DNA of 64,000 bases from an uncultured Verrucomicrobiae bacterium (GTDB lineage: Bacteria > Verrucomicrobiota > Verrucomicrobiia > Chthoniobacterales > Chthoniobacteraceae). The notes under the pieces were generated by a model. The model had not been told where the DNA came from. It did no database searches and saw only the letters and a program-made list of their open reading frames with translations. Shown here one piece after another: positions 1 through 10,840 of the stretch; positions within the stretch are counted from its first letter, which is position 1; each line of letters begins with the position of its first letter. Location of the stretch: contig CAVYKI010000012.1 of NCBI GenBank assembly GCA_963769025.1, positions 224,001-288,000 of the forward strand, read 5' to 3'. Position numbers and translations under genes: made by a program.

Positions 1-1011
1 GGAAGCGCGCGCTGCGGCGAACAACGCCAGCGCGAAACCGAAGGACAACGATGCCCTTCCCTCGGAAGCGCCGCCGGTGCCGGGAGGCGGTAAAGTGATC
101 AGTAATCAGTCAAAAGTAATCAGTGAAGCGCAGCCGACTGATCACTCATCCCCGCGCCGAACCCCGGCGCGGACATTTTCCCCGGCCGCAAGCCCGCGCC
201 TTTCCAGACGGAACTGGGCCGGCAGGTGATCGAGAAGACGCTCGCGCTCATGGACGCCGCGCCTTCGCAGGAGGAGCAAATCTGGTATGCGCTCTGCCTG
301 CGCTGGGCGCACGGGTGGACGCCCGAACAGCGCGTGCGGTATTTCCGCTGGTTCCACGAAAAGGCCGCGCGCTACACGGGCGGGAATTCGTTCGCGAAAT
401 TCGTGGAGGCCATCCGCGCCGATGCCGCGTCGCGCGTGCCGGAGGCGGACCGCGCCGCGCTCGCGGACTGGCTGCGCCCCGTCGCCGCGCCCACTCCCGC
501 CGCCGCGCTGAAGCCACGCGCCTTTGTAAAGGCGTGGACTTTGCCCGAACTCGAAGCCGCGCTCGACAGGCTGAAGGACCGCCAGCCCGACCTCGCGCGC
601 GGCAAGGAACTCTACACGCAGGCGCAATGCGCGCAGTGCCATCTCTTCCGCGACGCGGGCGGCAACGTGGGGCCGGACCTCACCGCCGTCGCGCAGCGCT
701 TCGGCCGGCACGACATCCTCGAATCCATCACCGACCCGAGCAAAGTCGTGAGCGAGCAATACGCGATGGTGACGCTCACCGTGCTCGACGGCAAAGGCGG
801 CACCGCCGAACTGAGCGGGCTCGTGAAGGAGGAGACGAGCGCAACCATCACCATCCTCACCGACCCGCTCGCGGGGAAGACGGCGAACCTCTACAAGAAC
901 GTCGTGGTGAAGACGGAGAAGGCCGCCGTGAGCACGATGCCCCCCGGATTGCTGAACACGCTGACGGCAGAGGAAGTCGCGGACCTGCTGGGGCTCTTCG
1001 GCACCAAGTAG
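1..1011 (+). CDS. C-terminal part of a PVC-type heme-binding c-type cytochrome protein (5' truncated by window; frameshift near 146-152)
   Basis: CAQCH heme motif followed by GGNVGPDLT...ILESITDPS...STMPPGLL, typical of PVC heme-binding domains; frame 2 is open from 2, frame 1 from 142. Confidence 0.8.
94..146. repeat. Short 7-mer-based inverted repeat inside coding sequence
   Basis: AGTGATCAGT (94-103) and ACTGATCACT (137-146), with internal AGTAATCAGT copies. Confidence 0.6.
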
Positions 1012-1105
1012 CCGCCGACGGAAGGAGGCGGGCTGATTTTCCTTCTCGCGTTCCGCAATCCGCGCTCCGCTTTCAAAGTGCCCGCCTCCTTCCGTTGGCG
1101 GCTAC
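1008..1105. repeat. GTAG-type REP doublet (inverted pair)
   Basis: GTAGCCGCCGACGGAAGGAGGCGGGC (1008-1033) and its reverse complement with 1 mismatch (1080-1105), between convergent genes. Confidence 0.85.
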
Positions 1106-1118
1106 GGTTGCGGGCCGC

Positions 1119-1625
1119 TCACTCCTTGAACGTGATCTGCGCGGTGATCTTCTCCCACTCGTCCTCGGTCATCTTGTTCTTCAGCGCGCGGAGCATGAAG
1201 CCGCCGACGGCCTTGCCGTCTTCGTTGAACATCCAGTCGCAGACTTCCGCAGGCGGGAAGGAGACCTTGCCATCGAGCGGGATGCCGGCGCCGACGGCGG
1301 CCGTCTTGTCATCGGCCACGCCGTGGAGGAGCGTGCCGTCGAAGGTCACCTGGTTGATCCAAAGGATCTGCTGCTTGCCCGCCTCGCGGCTGGGGAAGGC
1401 CTTGCGCACGAGGAACTGCTTCTGGTTCGGCGCGGGCTTTTGCACCGCGGCGAGGAATTCGCCGACGGTCGTGCGCGCCTTCTCGATCGCCGCACGGATG
1501 TCCGGGTCATCCGTGTTGCCGTGCATGAGCGCGCGGAGATCCTCACGACGCTTCTCCTTCGCCTTGTCCTTGCAGCCGGAAAGGAGGAACGCGGAGAGAG
1601 CGAGCAGGAGCAGTGTGCGGGACAT
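1119..1625 (-). CDS. YegJ/DUF2314 family lipoprotein
   Basis: Lipobox LLSGC; AIEKARTTV..F...FLVRKAF...ILWI...DWM...GGFMLR pattern. Confidence 0.75.
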   Translation of the reverse strand: MSRTLLLLALSAFLLSGCKDKAKEKRREDLRALMHGNTDDPDIRAAIEKARTTVGEFLAAVQKPAPNQKQFLVRKAFPSREAGKQQILWINQVTFDGTLLHGVADDKTAAVGAGIPLDGKVSFPPAEVCDWMFNEDGKAVGGFMLRALKNKMTEDEWEKITAQITFKE

Positions 1626-1696
1626 CGCGCGGACGTTCGCACGACACGGTGCGCGATGTCGAACACGCACAAGCGCCGGCCCGGGCGGCGTGGTTT

Positions 1697-1811
1697 TGAA
1701 ACGCAGAGACGCGGAGACGCAGAGGGGGAAGATGCAATAGGGGAACGCTGTGCTCGGTGGCTCGCTGCAGTTCGCCATGTTTTCTCTGCGTCTCCGCGTC
1801 TCTGCGTTTCA
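1697..1811. repeat. Perfect 28-bp inverted repeat built from ACGC(A/G)GAG-like units
   Basis: TGAAACGCAGAGACGCGGAGACGCAGAG (1697-1724) and exact reverse complement (1784-1811). Confidence 0.85.
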
Positions 1812-1893
1812 TCCTTCTTTCCATCTTATCGCCGCCTCCGCCCTTGACCCGTGGCGTGACCTTTGAAACAAGCGCGGCTCTTACTTCCCATAC

Positions 1894-3172
1894 ATGAGCA
1901 CCATCACCGCCCTGAGGGCCGTCAAAGGCAACACGAAGTCCAAAGTCGAAGCTGAACTCTCCAAGACCGGCGGCCTGCTGCGCCTCGCGCCCTGCTGGGT
2001 GCCGCGCGTCGTTCCTCCAGCCGGGCAAGCGGCTGAAGCTGCATCCGGACGATCTCTACGCCTACGGCCTGAACCGCGGCGGCATCGACGAGCGCTGGTT
2101 TGCCTCGCACGACGCCCGCGGCGAACGAAAACCGCACGCCGGACGAAGGGCTGAGCTACGTCGTCGTCGGCAAGGCAGCGGTTCACGCTTGCAGCAGGCC
2201 GTGGAGGACTGCGGCGCGACGCTCATCGGCAGAATCGATCTGGAACAAGTACAAGAAGTGGCCGGTCTATTCGAAGTTCTTCGACAACATGGGGCCGATC
2301 CCGCACCACATGCACCAGTCGAAGGAGCAGGCGAAGCTCGTCGGCCAGGAAGGCAAGCCGGAGAGCTATTACTTCCCGCCGCAGCACAACAACGTCGGCA
2401 ACAATTTCCCCTACACGTTCATGGGCTTCGAGCCCGGCACGACGAAGGCGCAGGTGCGGAAGTGCATCGCGAACTGGAACAAGGGCGACAACGGCATCCT
2501 CGATCTCTCGAAGGCCTACCGCCTGAAGGCCGGCACGCGGCTGGCTGATCGATCCGTGCATTCTGCACGCGCCGGGCTCGCTCTGCACGTACGAGCCGCA
2601 GTGGGGCATCGACGTTTTCGGCATGTATCAGAACCTCGTCGAGGGCCGCGAAGTGCCGTGGGCGCTGCTCGTGAAGGACATGCCGAAGGAGCAAGCACAA
2701 GGACATCGACTTCATCGTCGAGCAGCTCGACTGGGACAAGAACGTCGACCCGAACTTCAAGGACAACCACTACCTCGAGCCCGTGCCCGTCGCCGACACG
2801 CGCAAGGAAGGCTACGTCGACCGCTGGATCGTCTACGGCAAGGTCGACGGCGAGCAGCTCTTCACCGCGAAGGAACTGACCGTCGAACCCCGGCGCGAAG
2901 GCGACGATCAAGGACAACGGCGCCTACGGCCTCATCTGCGTGCAGGGCAGCGGCAAGATCAACAGCCAGCCGCTGAATCGCCCGAAGCTGATCCGCTTCC
3001 ACGAGCTGACCGAGGACGAATACTTCGTGCACCGAGGACGGCGCGAAGGCGGGCGTGACCTTCGAGAACACCAGCGAGACCGAGCCGCTGGTCATCCTGC
3101 GCTACTTCGGCCCCGAGGTGAATCCGGACGCGCCGGCAGATGGGCGCGTATCGCAAGAACAAGTTCAACTGA
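1894..3172 (+). CDS. Cupin-fold protein resembling class I mannose-6-phosphate isomerase (multiple frameshifts)
   Basis: Fragments join across frames: LRLAPCWVPR..GGIDERW..SKFFDNMGPIPHHMHQ..GKPESYYFP..LHAPGSLCTYEPQ..LRYFGP. Confidence 0.6.
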
Positions 3173-3214
3173 CACTCTCCCGCAGAAACCAAACACCAAA
3201 CCAACAACATCAAG

Positions 3215-3682
3215 ATGAAATATCTCAAGATAACCGCATTGCTCGGGGCCGCGATCAGCTTCGCCTTCACCTCGTGCAACAAGGCGCCCGACGAAAAAAC
3301 GGCCATCGCGAATTTCAAGAGCGAGATCGAAAGCGTCGGCAAGTGGATCGAGGAACAGAAACCGGCGGCAAACGATCCGTTCGGAGCGGAGGCGTCAAAT
3401 CAGATCATCGCCAGGCTCAAAGCCATCAAGACCGATGGCCTTCCGGAGGACCTCAAGTCCGCGTGGGCCGAGATGAACGCGGTCTTCACGGAGATGGGCG
3501 AGTTCTTCAAGAGCATGCCAAAGATCGATGTTTCAAAACCCGAGGAGATCAACAAGGCGAAGGCAGAACTCGGGCCGAAGATGATGGCCATCCAGGCAAA
3601 GGTGGAACCTGTCGCGAAGAAGCTCGAGGAAGTCGGAAAGAAGCACGGCATCGATATGTCGAAGGTCGCGCCCGGCAAGTAA
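3215..3682 (+). CDS. Hypothetical helical lipoprotein
   Basis: Signal peptide with lipobox FTSC; host-like codon usage; followed by a terminator. Confidence 0.75.
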   Translation: MKYLKITALLGAAISFAFTSCNKAPDEKTAIANFKSEIESVGKWIEEQKPAANDPFGAEASNQIIARLKAIKTDGLPEDLKSAWAEMNAVFTEMGEFFKSMPKIDVSKPEEINKAKAELGPKMMAIQAKVEPVAKKLEEVGKKHGIDMSKVAPGK

Positions 3683-3698
3683 CACCCGCGTTTTTTCA

Positions 3699-3741
3699 CA
3701 AAAGCCGCCGGTCCGTCCCGCACGGGCCGGCGGCTTTTTGC
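3699..3741. terminator. Bidirectional intrinsic terminator
   Basis: CAAAAGCCGCCGG...CCGGCGGCTTTTTG hairpin with A/T tracts between convergent genes. Confidence 0.8.
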
Positions 3742-3862
3742 TGGGGTCAGGCAGCCGCCTGGGTGATGCGGGGGAACGTTCGAGCTGAGAGGCTGGTGCA
3801 ACGTCTGTGCCTTCACCTCGGTCAATCCCCGCCGCGCCGACCGGAGAAGGTCAAGGGGACGG

Positions 3863-4225
3863 TCAGCGGCCGAGGCCGCACTGGAAGACAAACCACGCCG
3901 GATTCAGCGGACCGCAGCGCGGGCGGAGCTTGTCGAGTTCCGCGGCGGAACCGTGGAGCTCGAGCCGCAGGAGATCCGAGTTCTTGAGCATCTCGTCGAG
4001 CAACGCCCCGACGTTATCGAGATGTGCGATGACGCCCTCCGCGCCCACATACGCCTCGCGGCAGAAGACCGTGTCGCCATCGAGGGTGAAGTCGTAGTAG
4101 AGGCAGGCAGTCTCCTGCCGCGTCTTCTCGACAAATGCGGAGAGCAGGCCGCGGACGGTGTCGAGTTTGCCGGCGTGGACTTTGAAATACGGGTGGAGGC
4201 TGACGACGTTGCTGGTCTGGGACAT
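3863..4225 (-). CDS. ABM-domain putative quinol monooxygenase
   Basis: SLHPYFKV..GK...FVEKTRQETACLYYDF...CREAY...AHL pattern. Confidence 0.75.
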   Translation of the reverse strand: MSQTSNVVSLHPYFKVHAGKLDTVRGLLSAFVEKTRQETACLYYDFTLDGDTVFCREAYVGAEGVIAHLDNVGALLDEMLKNSDLLRLELHGSAAELDKLRPRCGPLNPAWFVFQCGLGR

Positions 4226-4460
4226 GGCAGGAGGCGTGTTGGAAATGAAGCGGGCTGAGGGTTCGACCGAGACTCGCAGGATCTCCCGCACGCCGCAAGG
4301 CGAACCCATTTCGCGACTGCTCGCCCCGAACGCGCATGAGCCGGTGCGTCGGCGCTCGCGCCGGTCAACACGTCCACGGGCCATGCCGCGCAGCGTGACC
4401 ATGCAAGCGGCTGCAGCGCACCGCGCCACATTTTTCACCCCAGCCTGCCCGTGAACGCGA

Positions 4461-7442
4461 CTACTTCGCCGGTTCCTTCAGCGTCTGCAGGAACGCCTCG
4501 ATGTCGGCAATCTCCTGCGGCTTCAGGATGAGCCCCATCGGCGGCATGGGCGAGATGCCGAGTTTTTCAAAACCCTTCGCGAGCACCTTGTTCGGCTCCA
4601 GCAGGCTTTCCTTGAGGTAGGCGGCGTTCTGACGCGCGGCGATGCCGTCGAGCGCCGGGCCGACGGTGCTGCCCTGCCGCCGAGCATGTGGCAGTTCTTG
4701 CACGCGGCGACGGGATGGTTCCAGAAGATGTCCTCTCCGCGCTTCGCATCGCCCGCGAGCGACTTTCTCGGAATCGGATCTCGAGCGGCAGCAATTCACA
4801 GAGCTTCACGTCGTCGAAAGTGGCCATCGCCCTTCGCGACGTGCAGGATGTTGATGCTCGCCTTCGGCTTGTCCTTGTTCGTGAAGGTCGCCTCGACTTC
4901 GGTCCAGTCGCTCTCGCGCGCGGTGACTTTGTTCGTCTCCGCGCGGCCGACGTGGTCGTTGAGGCTGACCTTGCCGCGGAAGGCGTGGACCTTCACCCAG
5001 CCGCTGAGCCGGTAGCTCGTGTTCGGCTTCAGCGGCACGTCCTGGTAGAGACTGGTGTCGGCGTCGTCGCGCGTGATGCAGCGCACGCGCGCTTCCGCCG
5101 CCGTGCGCATCGGGCGACCACCTTCCACTCCGCACCCTTGTTGCCCGGCCTTGCTTGCCGTAGTCGCGGCGCTTCCAGCCCTCGGGCAGTCCGTCGGCGC
5201 CGAGTTTTTCGAAGTCGCCGTTCACGAGAAGATTCGGGCCTTCCTTGAACGCGGCGGCCTTGTGTTTCTTCACGAGCATGCGCGCGGCTTCCCGCAGCCA
5301 TTCGTCGCCCTGCACGGCGGGCTCGGCGGCGAGTCGTGCGACGAGGGTTTTGATCTCCGGTGTGGTGGGGAAATCGGCGAGCTTCACAAATGCGGCGAGC
5401 CGCGTGTGCAGGTCGGGATCGCTCACGACGCCGGAGCCGAAGAAGAGCTCGCTGCGCCGCCGCGTCGTCGCCGAGCGCGCGGATGGCGTTGCGGCGGAGG
5501 CGCGGCGTCCTTCGCAAGCAGCGCGGCCTTGTGGGTGTCGTCGTCGAGCAGGCCGAGCCCGTGCAGCGCCCACAGCGCGTGGATCGCGCCGATGGCTCCG
5601 TCGTTCGCGATGACGAGCTTGCTTCAGCGCCGGACGCTGCGTCGGCTCTTCTTGCCGTCCACGATCATCCCCTGCGCGAGCAGCCGCCAGTACTGGGTGT
5701 CGCGAATTCGAGCGCCGCCACGAGATCCGCCGTCGGTGCGCCGGCGAGCGGCTTGGGCATCGCCGCGGGCGTGTCCTTTGCCACGACGCGGTAGATGCGC
5801 CCGCGATTGATGATCGCGCAGCGGATTCTCGTGCGCGCCGCCGACGCCGGTCTTCGCCTCGTAGCCGCCGCGCGCGACGCTCGGCGTGGGATTGTGCTGG
5901 ATGATGAAATTCTGCCAGTCCGCGAACCACACCGCGCCGTCCGGACCGACCTCGGCGAAGACGGGCGACATCCACTCATCGCTGCTCGCCACGAGATTGA
6001 AGCATCCTTCGCGCCGTCTAGCCTGCGCCGTCCGGCTGCACGTCCATGAGGCGATGCAGCTTCATCGTCGGCTCGCAGACCATCGCCTTGCCCTGGAAGC
6101 GCGCGCGGCAGCTTCGCCGAGTAGATGAAACGACCGCTGCCGCGGCCGCCGCAGCGTGTAGCCCGCCGAAGACATCCACCTGCCGGTAGTTCGGCGTGAT
6201 GGCGTGCGCCTGTCCTGCACGACGTTGATTTTCTTCGCGGTCATCACGCGCAGCCCCGCGGGCACGACGCTCGCCGGGATGCCGCCGAAGAAGATCGGCG
6301 CGCCGTTCGCCGTGCCGCCGAACTGATCGCCCGCGTCATTCGCGCTGTGCGCCCACGCGTTGTTCGTGAACTGATGCAGGAACTCGAGCGCCGAGCCGTC
6401 CGGCTTGAAGCGATAGGTGCCCATCGCGAAGTCGAACGGCTTCCCGCCGACCGTGCCCTCGAAGCCCGAGTAGCCGACGCAGCCGTAGAGCCAGTTGTCG
6501 TAGCCGTAGTGCAGGTTGCTCGCCTGCGCGTGCGTGTCGCGGATGCCCCAGCCGTCGATGATGCACCTCGCGCACGTCGGCCTTGTCGTCGCCGTTCGTG
6601 TCCTTGAGGAAAAGGAAGCGCGGCGGCTGCGCGACGATCACGCCGCCGCGGGCGAAGACGATGCCGGTCGGGATGTTCAGCTTGTCGGCGAAGACGGTGA
6701 ACTTGTCCGCCTTGCCGTCGCCATTCGGTGTCCTCGCAAATCTTGATGTTGTCGTGCCCCTCGCCGTCCTCGGCTGACGCCGTGCGGATAGTCGCTCGTC
6801 TCCGCGACCCACAGCCGCCCGCGCTCGTCCCACGCGAATGCGATGGGCTTCGCGATGTCCGGCTCGCTCGCGAAGAGCTCCAGCTCGCAGATCCGCCGGC
6901 ACCTGCGTGCGCTCCATCGTGCCCTTCACGCTGAACGGATGCTGAAAGGTGATCGCCTCCGGGCGCTTCTCGTAGTTCGCGACATTCGGATTCTGCTCGC
7001 GCATTTCCGGTTCGCGCTGCGCGAGAAATTTCTCCCAGTCGGATTTCGCCGCCGGGTCCACCGTCGCAAGGATCGTCGAGCGGATCGCCGCAGGCGCTTC
7101 GTTGTCCTTCACCGTCACCACGCGTTGCTTCGCTTTCAGTGCAGAAAGCGCGGGCGCATCGCCGCCACCCAGCACCATCGCCACATCGTAGAGCGCGGCC
7201 ATCTTTTCACTGAGGCCCGAGGCCGGCGTGAAGTAGTCGAAGTAGATCGCATCGCGCCCGAGTTGCTCCATCGCGACGCGCAGGACGCCGGCCTTGCCCT
7301 GCTCCGCGCCGGCCGGATCAAAGAACAGAACCCGCAACGGCCGCGGCTCCGCGGCGAACGCGCCTGGAATGGAGGCGGTGAACATCGCCGCTGCGGAGAT
7401 TGCGAGGCAGGAAGCGGCGAGCGGACGGCGAATGCAGTTCAT
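4461..7442 (-). CDS. PVC-type membrane-bound dehydrogenase-like heme CxxCH protein with HEAT repeats and CBM-like domain (many frameshifts)
   Basis: Beta-propeller DTNGDDKAD motifs, EVGPDGAVWFADW, HEAT-like segment, NLLVNGDFE..LKPNTSYRLSGWVK, CKNCH followed by VGPALDG..MPP. Confidence 0.8.
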
Positions 7443-7498
7443 GGCGTTGGAGGATGGGAGTGTGCCTATCCATAACCGCAAGCCCGCCCAAACCAATC

Positions 7499-7528
7499 TG
7501 ACATCTTTTGTGGGAAATCGGACACCCG
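7499..7528. promoter_or_regulatory. Candidate AraC-family operator, copy 1
   Basis: 25/30 identical to 10036-10065; GACA(T/C)C half-sites 21 bp apart; about 57 bp upstream of the minus-strand gene start at 7442. Confidence 0.55.
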
Positions 7529-7760
7529 TCTCACCCGCCAGCCCGGATGCCACGACTAGGTCGCAGACACGATGCGAGTCGGGGATCTTCCGCAGGCCGA
7601 TGCCAGGACAGCGTTCCGGTCACACTACGCGCGAGCAACATCCGCTCAGCGGAGCCCTTTCGAGTTTGGACCGCTGCTTCCCGCGTGCCGTGGCGGGCAT
7701 CTGCGGGATACGATGGCGACCTGATACCGCACTTCTCCTCCTAAAAGAGGAAGGATCCGG

Positions 7761-9076
7761 CTAGATGAACTCGTTGATCAGGTTCTCCAGGAACTCCTGG
7801 CGTCCGCTCGTGTTCGCGGCGGCTTCGCCCTTCTCGAGCATGAGCTTTTCGAGCGAGCGCGAAGCTTTCCTTGCCCGCCTCGATGCTCGCGCCGAGGCCG
7901 CTGTCCCACGAGGCGTAGCGCTCCTTCACGAAGTCCGCCGAGCCGGCCATCGGCGCGGATCGCCGCGGCGATCTTCAGGCCGCGGGCGAAGGCGTCCATG
8001 CCGCCGATGTGCGCGTGGAAGAGATCCTCGGGGTCGATGCTCTCGCGGCGCACCTTCGCGTCGAAGTTCACGCCGCCGGTGGTGAAGCCGCCGTATTTCA
8101 GCGCCACGAGCATGCACTGCGTGGTGAGGTAGATGTCGGTCGGGAACTGGTCGGTGTCCCAGCCGAGGAGCAGGTCGCCGGTGTTGGCATCGATCGAGCC
8201 GAGCGCGCCCGCGGCGCCGGCGACTTCCATCTCGTGCTGCATCGAGTGCCCGGCGAGCGTGGCGTGGTTCGTCTCGAGGTTCAGCTTGAGGTGCGGCAGC
8301 AGGTCGTATTCGCGCAGGAAGTTCAGGCACGCCGCGGCGTCGCTGTCGTACTGGTGCTTGGTCGGCTCCTTCGGCTTCGGCTCGATGTAGAACTGGCCCT
8401 TGAAGCCGATCTCCTTCGCGTAATCCACGGCCATGTGCAGGAACTTCGCGAGGTGATCGAGCTCGCGCTTCATGTCCGTGTTCCAGAGCGTCGAGTAGCC
8501 CTCGCGGCCGCCCCAGAAGGTGTAGCCCTCGCCGCCGAGCTCGTGCGTCACTTCGAGCGCCTTCTTCACCTGCGCCGCGGCAAAGGCGAAGACGTCCGCA
8601 TTCGGCGAAGTCGCCGCGCCGTGCATGTAGCGCGGATGCACGAAGAGCTGCGCCGTGCCCCAGAGCAGCTTGATGCCGGTGCGCTGCTGCTGCTCCTTCA
8701 GGAGCGCGACGATGGTGTCGAGATACTCGTTCGACTCGCGCAGCGTCTTCCCGTGCGGCGCCACGTCGCGATCGTGAAAGGCGTAGTACGGCATCCCGAG
8801 CTTCTCCGCGATTTCGAAGAAGACCGGCACGCGCGCCTTCGCGAGATCGAGCCCGCTCAGGCCCGCCTCCCACGGGCGGATCGCCGTCGGCCCGCCGAAC
8901 ATGTCCGCGCCCTGCCCACACATCGTGTGCCAGTAGACGATCGAGAAGCGCAGGTGATCGCGCATCGTCTTGCCCTCGACCATTTCGTCCGGGTTGTAGT
9001 GCTTGAAGGCGAGCGGGTTCTTCGACTTCGGGCCTTCGTAGGCGATGCGGCTGATGTTCGGGAAGTTGGAGCTCAT
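7761..9076 (-). CDS. xylA: Xylose isomerase, class II (frameshifts near 3' end)
   Basis: [54 protein letters not shown]. Confidence 0.96.
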
Positions 9077-9181
9077 TTTGGGGTTTGGAGATGTTTGCGT
9101 TTGGAGGCGGGATTGGCAGACCGGCTGCCGTTGACATCGAAGGTATAACCCGGCATCGAGCAAAGCGTGACGACAAAGCCT

Positions 9182-9982
9182 ATGCCAAATGCGCCACACA
9201 CATCGCCCCATCGCCCGGTGGGCGCGTTCCCGCAAAAGCTGGCTCGCGAACGGGCGGCGTGGCTGGGCAAGGTGCACCCGAATGCCCATTTTCACACGCT
9301 CTTCGACCATCTGCCCGGCGTCTGCTTCTACAGCAAGGATGTGCGCGGGCGCTTCATGCTCGTGAGCCGCGGCTTTCTCCAGCACCATCAAATGCGCCAT
9401 GAGCAGGAGCTTGTCGGGCTGACCGATTTTGATGTCACCCCACACCACATGGCCTCCGGCTACGTCCGTGACGATGCACGCCTTCTCTCCGGGAAGTCCC
9501 GCTGCGTCGAACGCGTCGAGCTTTGGTTCGACAAACAGGGAACGCCGGACTGGTTCTTCGTCAGCAAGGTGCCGCTCAGGGACACGGGCGGTCGCATCTG
9601 CGGAACAGCCGGCGTGGTGCGGCGCGCGGCCGAGCACGAAATGCAACTGCCGATGATCCAAGGCGTCGCCCGCGCCGTCGAAATCATCCGCCGGGACTTC
9701 GCCGGTCCCGTCGTGCTGAGCGAAGTCGCCCGGGCCTGCGGACTGTCGATGCGCCATTTTCAGCGCCGATTTCAGCATGCCTTCGGTTTCAATCCGCAGG
9801 AGTTCCTGATGAAGACACGGGTCGCCGCCGCGATGAAGCTGCTCGAAGAGACCAATCTGTCCGCATCCGAGATCGCGAACCGCTGCGGCTTCGTGGATGG
9901 GAGCAGCTTTGCCGAGCAATTCCGCCTGCGCGTCAGCCAGAGTCCCACGGCTTACCGCCAGACGTTGCGGAACGATGCCTGA
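9182..9982 (+). CDS. PAS-domain AraC family transcriptional regulator
   Basis: N-terminal PAS ([16 protein letters not shown]); C-terminal double HTH ([22 protein letters not shown]). Confidence 0.9.
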   Translation: MPNAPHTSPHRPVGAFPQKLARERAAWLGKVHPNAHFHTLFDHLPGVCFYSKDVRGRFMLVSRGFLQHHQMRHEQELVGLTDFDVTPHHMASGYVRDDARLLSGKSRCVERVELWFDKQGTPDWFFVSKVPLRDTGGRICGTAGVVRRAAEHEMQLPMIQGVARAVEIIRRDFAGPVVLSEVARACGLSMRHFQRRFQHAFGFNPQEFLMKTRVAAAMKLLEETNLSASEIANRCGFVDGSSFAEQFRLRVSQSPTAYRQTLRNDA

Positions 9983-10035
9983 CAGAGGCGGCGAGGATGT
10001 GACGCCCAATAAGCTCGCGCGGCGCGGCTGCCGAA

Positions 10036-10065
10036 TGGCATCGTTTGTCAGATATCGGACACCCG
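10036..10065. promoter_or_regulatory. Candidate AraC-family operator, copy 2
   Basis: TGGCATCGTTTGTCAGATATCGGACACCCG, ending 1 nt before the ATG of the second AraC gene. Confidence 0.55.
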
Positions 10066-10066
10066 C

Positions 10067-10840
10067 ATGGCCGCCGCCCGCAAACGCAAAAGTCCCTCCT
10101 CGCTCCGCGAAAGCTTCATCCGCTCCGTCGCGGCGGAGAGCAGCTACCACGCGATCTTTGAGCACGTCACCGGGGTCGCGTTTTTCATGAAGGACCGGCA
10201 GTCGCGCCTCGTCGCGGCGAACCGGCTTTTTTACGAGCGCGTTGGCTTCCGCAGCGAAGCCGAACTCATCGGCAAGGACGACCTCGCGCTCTTTCCCGCG
10301 CGGCTCGCGGAGCATTTCCGCCGCGACGACGCGGAGGTCCTGCGCACCGGAAAGCCGAAGCTGAACATCATCGAGCTGTTCTTCAACCGGCAGGGCATCC
10401 CCGATTGGTTCCTCACGCACAAGCTGCCCGTGCGCGACCGGCGCGGACGGGTCGTGGGCGTCATCGGCGTCACGCAGAGCTACGGCTTTGGCAGCAGCGT
10501 GCGCGAGCCGTATCTCGCGATCGACCGCGCCGTGTCGCTCATCCGCGAGCGCTTCCGTGAAAAGCTCACCATCGGCGAACTCGCCGCGGCGGCGCATCTC
10601 TCGCCGCGCCAGTTGCACCGCAAGTTCATCGAGATCTTCGGCAGCAGCCCGCAGTCGTTCATTTTGAAGGTGCGGATCCAGGCTGCGTGCGAACTGCTCC
10701 AGGAAGGCGACCGGCTCATCAGCGAAATTGCGGGCGAGTCGGGCTTCGGCGATCAGAGCTCGTTCACGCAACACTTTCGCAGGCACCTCGGAATGACGCC
10801 CCGCCGCTACCGGCAGCAATACCGGCTTGTGCGGCGCTGA
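10067..10840 (+). CDS. PAS-domain AraC family transcriptional regulator
   Basis: PAS ([11 protein letters not shown]) plus AraC signature [29 protein letters not shown]. Confidence 0.92.
   Translation: MAAARKRKSPSSLRESFIRSVAAESSYHAIFEHVTGVAFFMKDRQSRLVAANRLFYERVGFRSEAELIGKDDLALFPARLAEHFRRDDAEVLRTGKPKLNIIELFFNRQGIPDWFLTHKLPVRDRRGRVVGVIGVTQSYGFGSSVREPYLAIDRAVSLIRERFREKLTIGELAAAAHLSPRQLHRKFIEIFGSSPQSFILKVRIQAACELLQEGDRLISEIAGESGFGDQSSFTQHFRRHLGMTPRRYRQQYRLVRR

Noticed and set aside
7530..7760. Possible ncRNA or riboswitch in the intergenic region downstream of xylA
   Set aside because: No recognisable conserved motif by eye; an Rfam/Infernal scan would be needed.
1894..8000. Dense frameshifts suggesting pseudogene decay or programmed frameshifting
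   Set aside because: The indels are scattered single-base events, motifs are intact, and no in-frame stops were noticed. Similar breaks hit argH, katG and xylA, so read or consensus error is the simplest explanation.
9131..9149. TTGACA...TATAAC sigma70 promoter upstream of araC1
   Set aside because: The spacing between hexamers is only 7 bp, incompatible with a sigma70 promoter.
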